Source of the DNA: Antedon mediterranea
Lineage: Eukaryota > Animalia > Echinodermata
Length of the DNA: 64,000 nt
NCBI RefSeq assembly: GCF_964355755.1
Contig: NC_092672.1
Location: forward strand, 14,446,001 to 14,510,000
Direction of reading: 5' to 3'
Within the stretch, counting starts at the first letter, position 1. Every line of letters begins with the position of its first letter. The notes under the pieces are model-generated. The model was given only the letters and a program-made list of their open reading frames with translations, did not search any database and was not told where the DNA came from. Made by a program: the position numbers and the translations under genes. Of this stretch, positions 47,123 to 62,800 are shown in pieces.

Positions 47123-47894
47123 ATTCAAATTATCATATTACCTAGCCAATTTTAAGATATTAATAGCAAAAAGCGGAAAAAACGAAAACTTTGAATATAT
47201 GAGACAATTCAGGAGGAAGGGAAAATGTAGGATGCTGTTGTGAATGGTACTGGATTGTTCATTTCCAAATTTTCATAGACTGTGATAAAATAACTTTGTG
47301 CAATGTTTCATTCTTTAGATTGAACAAAAAAAAAATATTTCAAACCAACAGTGAAAAAATATTCAATCATAAATCATAGAGATATTATAGTGAACTCTCT
47401 CTGGTTAAATTGGGAAAGGTTAAACGACAGGAACTTTACAACAAAGAAATTTCAACATGAAGTTTAACAGGGATTTTTACACGGAGAGTGCTATAACATA
47501 TAATATTAACAGTCTGTCAAAAGTAGATCTCAGTAGTTTTTTAGGTGGATGGATTTTTTCCTGTTTACAGCAAAGATTACAGAGACAATAAAAGTAGTAA
47601 ACAAGATTAAAATAACACAATTAGACATAATTATTTCTTCTTTATTATGCTGAATATTATTTAATTCAATTGAAACACTGTACTGTATCATTGGAAGACT
47701 AAAAGTACGCAAAGCAGCAAACCACCCTTTGTCTTTGGCCATTAGAGCATTGCAACTTATGAAAAATATTCTATCCATTACACAACATTCATTATTAGTA
47801 CTTAATCATCAATCAATATACAATATAGACGTATTAGTATTACTTTTTTTAGAAATGGCATATTTAAACATACAGTACTGTAGGTTTGATTTAA

Positions 47895-50800
47895 TTACTC
47901 AACAATAGCATATACTATGTCTCCAACTTTGATGTTTCCAACTTCAACAATGTTGAAATTGACACCAAACACAGGTGCCACACCTAATGCTTTTGCATCT
48001 GGATGAGAACTATCAACCATTCTAAACCTAAACAAAACAACAAAAAAGAAAGATCTATAGTGTACAGTTAAGAAATGCATCATAAGTATACTATTATAGC
48101 TCACAGAACTTTTCACACCAAGAAAATGGTCCTATACCCTGTGCCATCTAGAAATATTCTAATTCGCTATCAATATTCACGACCACGTTTCTCAAGGTAG
48201 TGTGATATAAAGATATACTTTTATATTTAAGAAATTGACCTTTGTATCGGAATTCAAATAGGTTCACAAACTTGACCCAGAAAGTCCAAAGGAGAGTTTG
48301 TCCAGATGTTTTAATGACCATTTAGTTTATAATAGAGTCCCTAAAGAAAACACTTAGCTTAATTTTGTGACTTTCCCATCGAGTGATCGACACTATTTAA
48401 GTACAGATTTGACAGTGTCATCCATCACAGAAATACCTTATTATACCGTTAATCACTCCCACTTAAACACCCCTGGATCAACTTAGGACCAATCGTTACC
48501 CTCACAGATGATGTAATGACATTATGCAAATGAACTGAGCCAATATACTCCCAAGTTTCAGAAGGGCCCAGACACACCTTACAACCACTTCTCCAGAAGC
48601 AGACCTACACACACCACACCTCACCGACAGCATCATTGATCCTCCGCGTTCCTTATCTATACTTATAGTTGTATATTGTACTGAAGTATTATACTGAATA
48701 AATAATATATGTGTTACGACAGTCAAGCGAGTTAGAGTCTTTCATTAGTACCTCAACAACCCAACATTATATTACATGGTGGAAGACCCAAATTTCATAA
48801 GGAACGGAGTGAGAAAACAAGAAATAAACACTTAACAAGACACGAAGACACGAAGACGAAGACAAAAATAACCATATTTGTTTGAAAGGAGAAAACCATA
48901 AATTTACTTTGACTCAAAAGACAAGCTGAAATTATATTTGAATGAGATCGAGACAAGCAGAAATTTGATCAAATTATTACCATTGGATGAAGACAAAAAA
49001 GATAATCGAGGAAGACACAAAAGACAAGCTGAAATTATATTTGAATGAAATCGAGACAAGCAGAAATTTTATGAAATTATAACCATTGGATAAAGACAAA
49101 GAAAATAATCGAGGAAGACCCAAGAAGAATCAAAACAGAAGCAAGCGGACAAGAACTGTTTCGTTTAGAGACTTTCAACTTCACGCCGTTTTTTTTTCGA
49201 TCGTTTTTTTAACATTTACCCTTTTTTGAACATTGATGAACACCTATCGCATTTTTTTAATTCGTTGTTTGAAAATTTGAACATTGATGAGCACCTTTAA
49301 CATTTCTTTAATTCGTTGTTTGAACATTTAGACATTTTTGAACACTTTTTGCATTCCTTTAATTCATTTTTAATTGGATCCGAAGCATTTGGGGTAAGTC
49401 AAAACCATTTTGATTTTTGATTTGTAACCTAGTTTGATTGAAAAGTGAGAGTTTACATATACACTAAATTGTTTTTGATATTTGATTAATAATTAATATT
49501 ATAAAGTATGGTCGACATTGTTGATAACGAAGTAATTTTAAATGAGCCCGTCAATCCTCACCCCGTGCCCCACCTAAGACAAACCGATTTCCTTCCCAAA
49601 AGATATGACGGTTCCATAACCGATCACGACCAATGTAGTGCACATTACTTATCGTTTACCGACTACCTTGAGGCCCACACGTTAGAAAACCCTGTAAACA
49701 ATGCCCAATTAATTAATGTAATAAGTATTTTTAAACGTAGCCTTCAGGGCCAAGCTAGACTCTGGATTGAGGGAAAGCAGTTCGATTCACTAGAATCCTT
49801 AAAAACCCAATTCATCAACAGGTTTAGTAAAAACAAATCAATCTATGCGCACATAAGAGAATACGATTCAATTACATACACCACTGGCGACAACGCCGAA
49901 AAGCACTTAACCAAAATCAAACAAGCCGCAGACAGAATTGGATACGCTGACCAGCAGATAAAGAATAAATTTATTTCGACCCTTCCACCAAAATGTAGAG
50001 CAGCTGTAGCCATGTCCACCCCAATCGATGCCACTATTGAAAATATTGTAAATAGCACACAAAATTACCTTGACCTTTCCGTAGATGATGCCACACGGGA
50101 AGTTTCATTCAATATCAATAAGGAAACAGATAGGCCTAATAGTCTCGAATCGCTCCAACATGAGATAAATTCTCTCAAGTTAGACATGGCCACAACAAAA
50201 CGATCCCTTAATGATGATACTCGACGCTCACGTTCCCCCACCCGAAATTATATCCCAAGACGAAACCGAAGCCCAAGCCCATACAAACCCCGATTCCAGA
50301 CCCCACCGACCCCAAGATATAGACAACCTCCCCCAACCTGTTATTACTGCGGGAAACCAGGCCACATAGCAAGGCACTGCCGACAACAAAACCGCTCTTA
50401 CGGAAACTATCCCCCGCCATACCCATACCAACAGTCAAACAATTACTACCCTAGCCACCAGCAGGATTTTTAAAAAGGGGACTAGATGCCGCCTATAATC
50501 TGGCCCCCCATACTAAATACGACAATTTTAAGGCAAAATACTTAGGAAATTCAGATAATATTGATTTGTTACTTAACGACAGAAATTACGTTAAAGGAAA
50601 TTTACCAGATGGTAGAAATGTTTTAACTTTATTTGACAGTGGTTCAACTAGAACTATAATCTCACAATCGTACGTTAATTCCTCACTTTATTTATCGCGT
50701 TTAAAGCCAGTTAAAGTGAACACAACCAAATTTCGATTAGGTAACGGTGACTTCTTATATGCCAACCACTTAGTGCAATTCGAATTAATTATCCAAGGAC

Positions 50801-53800
50801 ACAAATTTAAAATTTCAGCATTAATCGTTAAAAATTTGACAGGTATTGACCTGATACTTGGAACCGAAACATTGTCTGAACTCGACGGTACTTTAAATTT
50901 TAAGGAAAACACATTTCGCATTAGACCAAAGATTTTTAGCTTTCGTCCAGTACACAAGATTTTTCTTAAACCCGGTGATACTAAAACAGTTAAATTAAAA
51001 GGAAGGGTTCCCGCCTTCGTACGCAATTCTGATGTTGTTCTACATGCAACCACCCATATTTCAAAACTTTGTCCATCAGATATGTTAGTAAAATTACATA
51101 GAGGAGAAACCAACATTGATATCACTAACAACACAAACAGAAACGTATCTCTAAATACACATCAACCTATCGCGAGCCTTCACTTAACCAACCTTGTAAC
51201 AGTTACTAACGACCTACCAATTGATAGAATAAAGTTGACCAATGACAACGCAAACAAGTACCCACATTTAGAACGTACAGACCCATTGCTAACTTTAACC
51301 GAGGAAGAAATAATTAGAAAACAAGTTGATTTAACAGACAGCGTTTTAACACATAGAGAAAAAGAAGATTTGTATAAAACCTTACAACAAAACAGAAACG
51401 CATTTTCACTATACGGTGAACTATCTAGCTGCCCAAACTTCAAAGCTGACATACACCTCTCTAACGATGAACCATTTTTTATTCGCCCATACTTTGCGAC
51501 AGACAAAGACAAACATGTTATTGAGGCCGAATTGAACAAATTAGTCAAATTAGGAATCTTAGCAGTAGGACACCAATCGTATACTTCCCCTGTCCTTCTT
51601 GTTTCAAAGAAAAATTCAAAAGATAAAAGAGTTGTCACAGACTTTCGCTATCTAAATTCCAGGATAAAACGTATTAATCACCCATTCCCATTATTGGCCG
51701 AAACTTTGAAAACAATAGGTAACGCTAATGCACAGATTCTTAGCGTAATTGATTTGAAATCAGCGTTCCACTGTGTACCATTAGCCGAACATGCCCAACA
51801 ATATACAGGTATAGCTTCATATCATGGTGGAAAACATTATTATTATAAGAGATTAGCACAAGGATTAAACGTTTCACCAGGTATATTTCAAGCAAAGATT
51901 GACGAAATTTTAAATGAAATCCCAAATTCTAGAGAATTCTGTATCGCCCATCATGATGATATTATTTTATTTAGCCAAGACAAATTTGCTCATAAGCAGC
52001 ACCTTGTTTCCGTTTTACAAGCCCTACAATTAAATGGTTTTAGAATTTGCCCAAAGAAATGTAAGTTATTCAAGAATAAAGTGCAATATATGGGACACAC
52101 CATCCTGATTAATTCTTCAGGACACGCATGTATCACACCATTAGGCGACAGGTGTGCAGCTATCCGAAATTTGCCAGTCCCACGAACCCATAAAGAAACT
52201 AAACGATTTATTGGTGCAGTAAATTATGTATCCCATTTTTTCCCTCAAATACAATCAATTTTACGTCCGTTACACACACTCGCAAGCAAACGCCGAAAAT
52301 TTTGTTGGTCTACTGAACACCAGAAAGCATTTGACGAAATTAAACACTTAATGGTTAAACCACCAACTCTTCAAATGCCTAGAAAAGAAGGTAGATTTAC
52401 GCTATATAGCGACACTTCAAGAACCGCAACAGGTTCATATTTAACACAAACAGTAAACGGTAAAGAACACATAATAGGTTATTATTCCAAAATCTTACCA
52501 CAAGCCTGTCAACGATATAGCGTCACAGAACTAGAGTTATTTGGACTTTACATTAACGTTTCAGCATTTCGACACTTACTAAAGGGTTGCGAATTTGATG
52601 CATTCGTAGACCACTCAGCAATTGTACAAATTTGGAATTCAAAAGATCAGCCATGTACACCCCGTTTACAGAAACTAATATTACGATTGTCCGGATACAT
52701 TTTCCAAATTGGTTATAAGAAAGGAACTGAATTAGTTTTAGCAGATTTCCTCTCCCGAGCCCCTCGTGATGACGATTCCGAAATTGATCAAGTTGTACCC
52801 ATTGCATTTAATATTACAGAGACTGCATCTCTTAACCCGATTACAAACACATCTACTAGCAGACCAGTAACAAGGTCATACGCCAAGCAAATGGGAATAA
52901 ATATACCTGACCTACATAAACCCAAACCCAAACAAACGCCTGTCATTAATCAAAACCCAGTGACAACAAACACGCGACCTACACCTCAACCTTCCACTAC
53001 ACCACAGATAATCACGAGACAACAAACAAACGCACATCGATCACCGCCTATCATAACGCCACCTATCGCAACACCACCCCCAATACGTAATGTAAACATT
53101 CGACAACCTCCAGAGGAACGACTAGTAGACAAAAATAAACAAAGCAAAGACACTACACATCGAAATGTACCAGTTGAATTGTATACATCGCCCAAACCAC
53201 TAGTACCAAACATAACTGAATTTAAGTCAGCACACATCCCAAAACAACAAGACTTAGATAGATTAATGGATGTTATTCAAAGAAAGATAATTAGAGATTA
53301 TAACCTCCCAGTAGATGTTAAACAATTACGCGTTGAACAAGAAACTTCACCATTTTTTAAGCCAGTTTACGATTATTTAGTTCATGATATCCTTCCAGCT
53401 GATAAGAAAGCAGCTCGTGCAGTTCAGAATAAGTCAGAGCAGTACATATTGTGCAACGGTTTACTATTCCGTTTATTTTTCCAAGATAAAGGTGGAGAAT
53501 TTGTATTGCAATTAGCTGTTCCTGAAAACTTAGCAGAGACTGTTATTTCTCAGTATCACGACAATTTGTTAAGTAGCCACCAAGGTACGATGCGTACTTA
53601 CCTTACCATTAGGAAATTATTTTACATGCCCCTTATGTTCGAGAAAGTCAACAATTATACCCAAGCGTGTCTTAGATGTCAACAATTTCGTCCCAAAACC
53701 GATAAATTACGTCCTTTACACGATCGAGTACCAGCAACTTACCGTCCCTTTCATACACTCAGTCTAGATTTTAAGAGTATGCCAACTTCACCTTCAGGTT

Positions 53801-56800
53801 TTAAACATATTATGGTAGTATGTGATGAGATAACTAGATTTTTGATTTGTGTACCTTTGAAATCCATTGATGCCGAAACAATTTGTGAAGCACTAATTCA
53901 AAAGGTCATCAGTATTTTTGGACCCCCATCTCGTCTTATTTCAGATGCAGCAACCTCCCTTACAGGAAAATTATTAACACTATTATGTAACACCCTTAAT
54001 ATTGATAGGAAAATCATCAGCGTCCACAATCACGGTAGTTTACAAGTTGAACGTCATATCCGCACCGTATCGGACCTGTTAAAGGTCAACCTTAACCAAT
54101 TCGGAACAGATTGGGTTAGATTTGTATCAACAACATGTTATGCTTATAATTCGTTTTCATCCCCACATCTAGGAAACCACTCCCCTTACGAATTAGTTTT
54201 TGGCCGCCAACCTCCAAGTTTGACCTCATTAGCATTTAACCCTATTTCAGGATTGTCTCATTCCTATGAAGAATACTTTGAACATCTCAAGAAGAAATTT
54301 CAAAACATTTCACAGACAATGCTACAATTACAGCGAACACAACAAAACGTCCAAAACTCAAAGATTTCCCAACGCTTAGAAAAAAGTCCAATTTACTCAG
54401 TAGGACAACTCGTATATTTATACAAGCCAACATCATCATCACTAACGGCAAATTCAAAGAAAATCGCCGCAGAATGGGTCGGACCATTAGTAATTCATGA
54501 AGTACTAGACAGAACACACTACATCCTAGCGACGATTAAAGGAGAAATACTTCGCGACGTATTCAATTATAACAGACTGAAACCTTGTTTTATGAGAACA
54601 CCCAAAGAACGCAAAAATTTTACACATCTACAAAAACTTAAACAATTGTTGAATGAACCCATCGATGATAATAACGAGAAAATCCAAAACACCATTAATG
54701 TAGTAAATGACGAAAGCAATGTTGAATTTGTAGACGAACATGATAGGACACCCGCCCAATTGCAATCAGATACCCTTACACATCCAACTAAGATAGAACC
54801 CCTTAACTTGCAACCTTACATTGACTGTGTAGAGAATAACATGGGATTAGCAGCCCCATTCCAAATGAAAGAAGAACAAATTAAGGAACAAACTAATTTA
54901 ATTATGACAGCACCTAATGATTCCAACATGACATTAAACCGAGGTAGATTTAAAGCAGGACATTTCCAAGTTTTAGTTTCATATTCTAAACCGACTTCAG
55001 CCAAACGCAACACCGATAAAACAAAACACGAATCTAATGATCGCAAATTTTGGTGGAATATTGACAGATATAACGATACAGATAAATTGATTAAAGAGAT
55101 CATTAAAGATAAACAGATACCGATAAGTGGATCGCCAAAACGATTCATAAAACGTTTGTATAATGCAACAAGTTACTGATTTAATTTTTTTTGCAAGATT
55201 ATTTTTAAATTACGACATTTGCTAAATTAATGATAGCATAGTCTACGTATTTGATGAGATTTGTTAAATAATAATGTGATTTCAGTTAAAAGAGAATTGA
55301 ATTTATGTGTAAGTATTGATTTTGTAACGAGTTTGATAATGATTAATTTTGAATTTTGATGATCGATATATTGAGATATTGAAAAAGAACGACAATCATT
55401 TTGTAACAAATATTTTGTTGAACCTTTGAGTCGTTAATCTCAAGCATTAATTAATTGATATACAATAACAGGAGATTTTCTTAGTACTTTTAATCGTAAT
55501 TTTGTTGACATTGAGTACAAAAGTCGAATTTGTCGACCGATTGAAATCGTAATTACCTGTGAATATAAATGCTTAAATCGATAAAGTTGTGACGATAACG
55601 ATATATTGTGGATAAGTTTGTGTCAACGGGACACACACATTTGTTTCTTTTAAAGTTTTAAGTGATTAAGTTTGATATTTGATTTTAGGCTAATCAGCCA
55701 CAGTTTCTTGAGTTTTATGTTTTGATTTGATGATTTATGTTTGAAGGCCATTAGAATGCGATGAGTTGTCGCACGATTTGATGTATGTTCAATGTAACAT
55801 ACTATTTTTAAGTTTTGTATTTTTATTTTAACTGATTTATGTTTGATTTACGCGAATTTTTATACCAAATTCATTTTTAATTTTAATTTTTTTTAAGAGA
55901 GAGAAGAGAGAGAGTGAAAGTGATAAGGTTACACTTCAGAGTCAATGGTTTTGGCTAACTCAATTTTTGCATATATGTATAATAATGTTTTTTTCTTTTA
56001 TATAACTTTAATTTTGCATGCCACTATTATAACCATTTTTATATGTTAAATAGATTAGAAAAAAAAAAAAGGGAAACAGAGGGATGTGATATAAAGATAT
56101 ACTTTTATATTTAAGAAATTGACCTTTGTATCGGAATTCAAATAGGTTCACAAACTTGACCCAGAAAGTCCAAAGGAGAGTTTGTCCAGATGTTTTAATG
56201 ACCATTTAGTTTATAATAGAGTCCCTAAAGAAAACACTTAGCTTAATTTTGTGACTTTCCCATCGAGTGATCGACACTATTTAAGTACAGATTTGACAGT
56301 GTCATCCATCACAGAAATACCTTATTATACCGTTAATCACTCCCACTTAAACACCCCTGGATCAACTTAGGACCAATCGTTACCCTCACAGATGATGTAA
56401 TGACATTATGCAAATGAACTGAGCCAATATACTCCCAAGTTTCAGAAGGGCCCAGACACACCTTACAACCACTTCTCCAGAAGCAGACCTACACACACCA
56501 CACCTCACCGACAGCATCATTGATCCTCCGCGTTCCTTATCTATACTTATAGTTGTATATTGTACTGAAGTATTATACTGAATAAATAATATATGTGTTA
56601 CGACAGTCAAGCGAGTTAGAGTCTTTCATTAGTACCTCAACAACCCAACATTATATTACAGTAGCTTACTGTAGGTATCACACTAACTGTAAATAAGTCA
56701 CTGATTCCCACTCTCCAAATTCTCTCCTTTATAACATTGTCTTTATAGACATAACCACCACAATTCTGTACTTTTGTACAGTACCTTTCAACTTGGATGA

Positions 56801-59800
56801 ACATATGGAAAAAATGCACAACATAATCATTTAAGCTTACACAAATTGTAAAAATATTTGTTTTCAACATTTAAACGTTTCCATTATTCAATTGTTCAAT
56901 TGCTCCCATGTCAGAAACCTCACTAAAATTACCCACTTATCACACTATCACAACATAAACCGTTTACAACAAGTCAAATTGAGCTTTCTGTTAGACTTAG
57001 GAAAAGAAAAAGATTTGTTGAGCCCCTATGTAAAACAAATCGATACTATAATAGCCCTATGCTTTATCTTACACGCCTCCTTAATGAGATAGACTTTAAC
57101 TCAGTAAAACTAAAGAAATTTTGTGAAGATGTATAAATAATAATAATATAATAAATCACTTAATAACTCCACATTTTATAATTATATCAAATTCTATAAT
57201 ATTACCAATTTTCTTATTTTCCTTACTTATTTAATTGAATTTTTAAATTTGTAGATAAATTTTAGCTAAATTTGTATTTTTATGTATTTTTCTTGTGCAA
57301 TATGTTTGATTCCACTTTTATTTGTTCTTTGATTTGTACGTGCAATTTATATTCTGTTTTATGCCTGTTTTAAATGTTTTTATATTTGTAAGTATCATGT
57401 AATTCAGCCATTGGCTGCGATTTTGATATACAATAAAATTAAATGAAATGTGACAATCGTACATAATTAAATCATGGTGTACCATCACAACCACTGGATA
57501 CACCAACCTAAATAACAGTTCATGTGAAGTACGGTTCAACTATCACATCCCATCAGTATCAAAATAGTAATACAGTTAATTGATACATACTGTAAGTAGC
57601 AACAGTGATAGATTGATGTACTATTATTACCAATTACCATTATGACATTATAATATTTTCACTGTATAGGGTTTGAACTTTTTGAATACACCTGATGATA
57701 AGACCAGGTCAAAGGTCAAACTACCAGAAACTATAGTAGCGGCCAATTTTGGACAAAATTTTCTGTTAGAGCAAATAGGAATGTATATACTGTGAACTAT
57801 TTGACACCGAAACCATTACTCTATGACAAGCGGTTACAAAGTTATAGACTAATTAAAATGGCAGCCATTTTGGACGCCATCTTGGATTTCTCGGAGAGCA
57901 CAAGGAGGATTTTTCAGGACTTTTAGTATGATGTTCCAATCATAGTTCTGGACCTTTCCTGAAAAAATTAGCTTGTTACCAAAAATGTCCGGGTCTGCCT
58001 ATACTTATGAACTAATGCTCTTGGACTATAGAGGATTCTCAACATTTTCTCTCTCACTTCCTACCATTAAATCCTGCACTGCACACAGGTATAACATAAC
58101 AACTGTCAGTGTACTTACTTTCGTAGTGTTTTAAGAGGCTCATTTTGGGCCATTACGCCAGTTTCTGGGTCAACCAATGTCATACGACATCTACCAATGA
58201 TAAAATATTTGAAAAAATTACTGAAGAAAATATGCAAATAATGAATGTGGGGAATATTTCATGAGTCAGCCATCAGTAGGGTTGGTAAGGTTTCAACTTG
58301 ATCAATTTTTCAGTGAAATCTTTGACAACCATGTGGCTTTTTTTCCCCCACTGCACCACATTATTTTTTGTGGCTACGCAAATATAAATATAACAGTCAG
58401 GCTTTTAGTAAATTCAAAATGTTTGTCTGGTCAGTCAACAGCCATTATTTTACAAGTATATTGAAAATTATCTCATTTTGTTCCATTTTTTTGGTAACAT
58501 TTTTTTTTTTTTTTTTAAATAAAAAACATTCATTTTTGTCAAACCTACCATAAGTCATCTTATTAAGACAAACTAGATATAATTTTCACTATGACGAATT
58601 ATACTTATAGGTTATATGCACTGATTTAAATACAGATAATTGATTTTTTTTAAGATATATTGATTGATTGATATCAAAGCTTCTTTTAATTCAATTTTTA
58701 GGGTAGGAGTGTATTTGCAGAAGTTGAGAATTGTGAAACAAATTTTGAAAAGATTTTTGATATGAGTATAATCAGTATTTTACATATACAACCTCTAATT
58801 GTAACGTAAATTAAAAATGTCTTAGGGCAGGACATATAGTTAGGGTAGTTTTTAAAAGTTGTTTGAAAAAAATTCAAGCATATGTTACAAAAAAATTGTT
58901 ATTACCAAATTTTACCCCAAAAATGGTAAAAATTTGTATATTTTCCATATATTTCGTAAAATAATGACTCTGGTTTTCAGAGTGTCTCACACAAAAATCT
59001 TATTAAGACCAATAGTAAAAAAAAAAATCGACTCATCTCTCAGACTAATTCCTTTATTCATGTTTAAACTTTCATGCTCAACTGTTTTAGGATAGGTAAA
59101 GATAACATTTGTCATTTTCAATACATACCTTCCACACAAATGAGTTTGGTAAAGATGAGCACTACCAATTTTGATCTCTGACCAAGTATCCTGTAAAATG
59201 CAATGCAAGTGTGAGATTAATATACAAATAAAGTATTAAATGTATGTAAGTTAATGAATTGAATGAGGAGAATTGTTTAAAAACTATATTTCGATTTATT
59301 AATTTTTAAATAATCAACAATTTGGTGAAGCTCAGATTTTGGATGCATATATTTTATGGACTATAAGTTTATTTTGTTGCCACATTAGTACTGTCACTCA
59401 CATCAAGCTGACATTATTCCGATAGAATAGTAGCACAATTATGCACTTGTGGAAGAAAGCATGAGCATGAACATTTCCAGTGGTCCTAATTAACACTAAC
59501 AAAATAAGACCACCAATATCTTGTTTTATCAATATTTTTTATTTATGTGTTACGGATATTGGCTGAAATTGTAGCTTATATTTTGGCAGCCATTTATAAT
59601 TTCAATGGGAGGTCTATTTTTTTTATCCTTTGGTATTATAGAGCAGCTGTGTACAGTTTCATGCCATTCTTTTCTAAAATCTTACTCTTTTTATATACAT
59701 TTTTCAAGAAACAAACACATTTCCATCTTTTACCTAGCTTATGCTAACTGATCTAATGGAGACAACTAAGACAAGTATCAGCCATCCTTTAACTATTATT

Positions 59801-62800
59801 TAACTTCTCACAAAATGTTTAATAACTCTAATGAAATATAAAAGTCGATCCAATTCTGCTCTTACCTCAGCAAATGCACTACATCTATTAACAACAATGT
59901 TTGGTCTAAAGCGAGCCATAGTTACAGACTTGTCTAATCTGGTATTAAGGTCATCAAGTGATGCTTCACTTATTAGCAAGTACTGTGCCAGATCAGTAAA
60001 CAAAGCCTAAAATGTAAATAAATGCACAGCAATGTATACTTGTTTCAAAATGTCAAAAAAACAAGCAGAAACGTTGATGGAAAACTCTGAAAAGTGATTT
60101 AAACAAGAAATACAGTATCACAAATTTGGAACTAAATGGCATGCATTTGGTTTGTTGCAGTTGTTTATTATCATTTGGAGATTATAAATCATCAACAAAC
60201 ATTGCACATCTTCAATTGGGAGGGATCATTTCTGGTATCATGCTGTAAATAGAAGTGGCCGAATAGTCCAGTCCCTAAGGGGAGAAAAGGGGGTGGGATG
60301 TTACCAGACTGGATACAAATTTTTCAGTATAGCAGTTTGGTAGAGTATAGTGTGGAGGTGCCAAAACAAAGTTACTGGAAATCTGATTTGACCTCTGTGA
60401 CCTCTGACCTCAATTTTTATATTTTTCTATTATATAACTAAAAATCGCCATATCTTGACAACGCATGGACATTTTACATTTATTTTTTTTTCAAAATGCT
60501 TGGAAGATATATATTTATATTCGCTATAATGAAAAAAATTGTACAAAAATGGCCGCAAAGGCTTTATTTTTTAGTTTGACCTTTGACCTTGATTGCCTAA
60601 TATCTCAATAACACGCAATCTCAGAGATTTGAGAATGGGCTCAAAATGTTAAGAAAATAAATCTAATATTTAGTCTAATAGAAACTTTTTTAAAAAAACT
60701 ACCATAAATTAAGCTTTTTTGACCCTTGACCTCTAATGTTTGAATATGTCAATATCTCGGTAACTATTTGTCCTAAAACGTTCAGTTTGGTGTCAAATTG
60801 TTTAGAATATACACATTTATATTTGCTCTAACAAAATATTTTGTCAGAATTCAATTGGAAATGTCATTTTGAGCTATGACCCATCGTTTTGCATATATTT
60901 AGCAATTAATAATCTATAAAAAGAGATCGAGAGAGGGGAGGGGGTTGGGGTGGATGGAGAGACACATATTTTTGTTACATGTTACACAAATGTTAAACTC
61001 TGTCTACACTATAACATTTTTATTCGACAAAAAAATGTGATGTGCCCATATATATGGACACGATGAATGACATATCACTACCATATTTGGGCACACCACA
61101 CCTTTTTTGTTAAACTAAGTTATAGTGTAGACAAACGTGTAAAAAATATGTGTCTCTCTATCACCCCAACCACCTCCCCCTCTCTCGCTTTTCCAATGCT
61201 ACTGCATGCATCTATACACATCAAAATGGCCGGAATTGTACTGGAAAGTTTTTAGCTACATTTGAAAATAAGTTCCAGAGGATGGGTGTATTGTAATGTT
61301 ATCAGAATTATGGCAATTGTTTGTAATGGGAAAGTTTTAAAACTACATTTGAAATATTTGCTAATAATATCACATGCTATTAAAGATATACTTATTTTCC
61401 CCCTGACAAAAGTAATTTTGAAAACTATTTTTGTTGAATATGCAATTTTAATGTCACACATAATAGTTTCACCAAAAATTGGATTGAAAAAAAAATGATA
61501 TAGTGCATACCCAAAAAAAACTGTAATTCAAAGCAAAAAATAGGCTGGAAGTCAATGTGATTTTGGTTAAATTAACTGTTTATTTTGTCTTTAAAGTGAT
61601 ATTTACTCTATTTTTTAGATTAGCTCTTTGATTAAACACCTCTTCCAATGCAGTGAAGATCTTAAGTGTTGCCTTGTCTTACCAGGGAGTTGCTGGTCTT
61701 ACTAATCTTTCTTAACTTCTCTTTGAACGATTGTAATCAATATTTGTTGAGGTATAATATTTCCCTCTAATATGGTAATGCCTGTTTTATTGAGCCAAAT
61801 GCTTTCTGATAATCTCTAAATCAAAGATTTGGTGATATTCATTTCCTTTTTATTTTAGTTGATTGACAAACTGTATAAGATGGTCCTACTGTATAAAGCC
61901 TTATTGGTTTATTTACTTCTAGTCGGTCTCTGATTTTGTTTTTTGATTACTTTTGTAAATTATTTGTGTACATGTGATAATGTTCGTTTGGTCGGTAATG
62001 GTTGATGTCAGTTTTGTCATGTTTTTGTGGATTAAAGTATAATTATCATTGCTTCTCTTAATTTCTTCTGGTTTCAAAGATTTTGTTGTATAGTGTTATG
62101 AGCTGGATGTGTTATTGCCTCATCAAGCCAAGATGGTAATTTTGACTGCTCACTGGTTTGTTTTCCTTTTATATTCCACTACAGTATGTTCTTGAAAAGA
62201 AATCAGCTTTGTAATTAATTTGTCTTTGATCCTTTTCAGATTTCTAATATTTTAAAATATGTTTTTCTTTTCTTCGCTTTTTCCTCACTGTTTCAAACAT
62301 TTTATTTTTTCAGCATACTTCAAGCAATTAATTGATAATTAGGTCATATGTTTTATGAGTATCAAATCGCATTGGTTAATTCTTCTTTTCTTTCTTTAAG
62401 ATCCTGATTTTCTTTCTTTTTTTAAATGTTATTTAACTTTTAAGTTTATCTAATTTTTTGTTGATATTAAGTGTTGCTCTTACGGTGTAGGCCTACCATG
62501 CGATGGAATTATATATTGAAATTAAATTAAACATTAAGTTTTAAGAAAATTGTAAAAGGCTAAATAGGATATTGAATGTAGTTCTGGTCCATAAATCTAT
62601 ATTTTAGGTATATTATTATAAGTATGACACACGCACGCTTAACTGTATATCCTGGTCATACCTCAAACTGGCATTTTCAGTAAAAATATGATAACATCTT
62701 CTATTAGAGCTAATATAAATGTTTACATTTTGAACATTTTGACACCAAGTTGAACTTTTTATGACATTTGGTTACAGAGATACAGACATATTTAAACATT

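Larger units (their letters stand above)
48201..56660 (+). mobile_element. Full-length Ty3/Gypsy LTR retrotransposon (8460 bp) in the last mARC intron, antisense to the host gene
   Basis: 576-bp LTRs TGTGAT...ATTACA at 48201-48776 and 56085-56660 (no differences seen); 4-bp TSD GTAG; PBS starting TGG at 48777; polypurine tract ~56057-56084; intact gag and pol. Confidence 0.97.

Noticed and set aside
50688-55148. Antisense ORFs within Gypsy pol
   Set aside because: Shadow ORFs of the long plus-strand reading frame; no independent motifs.
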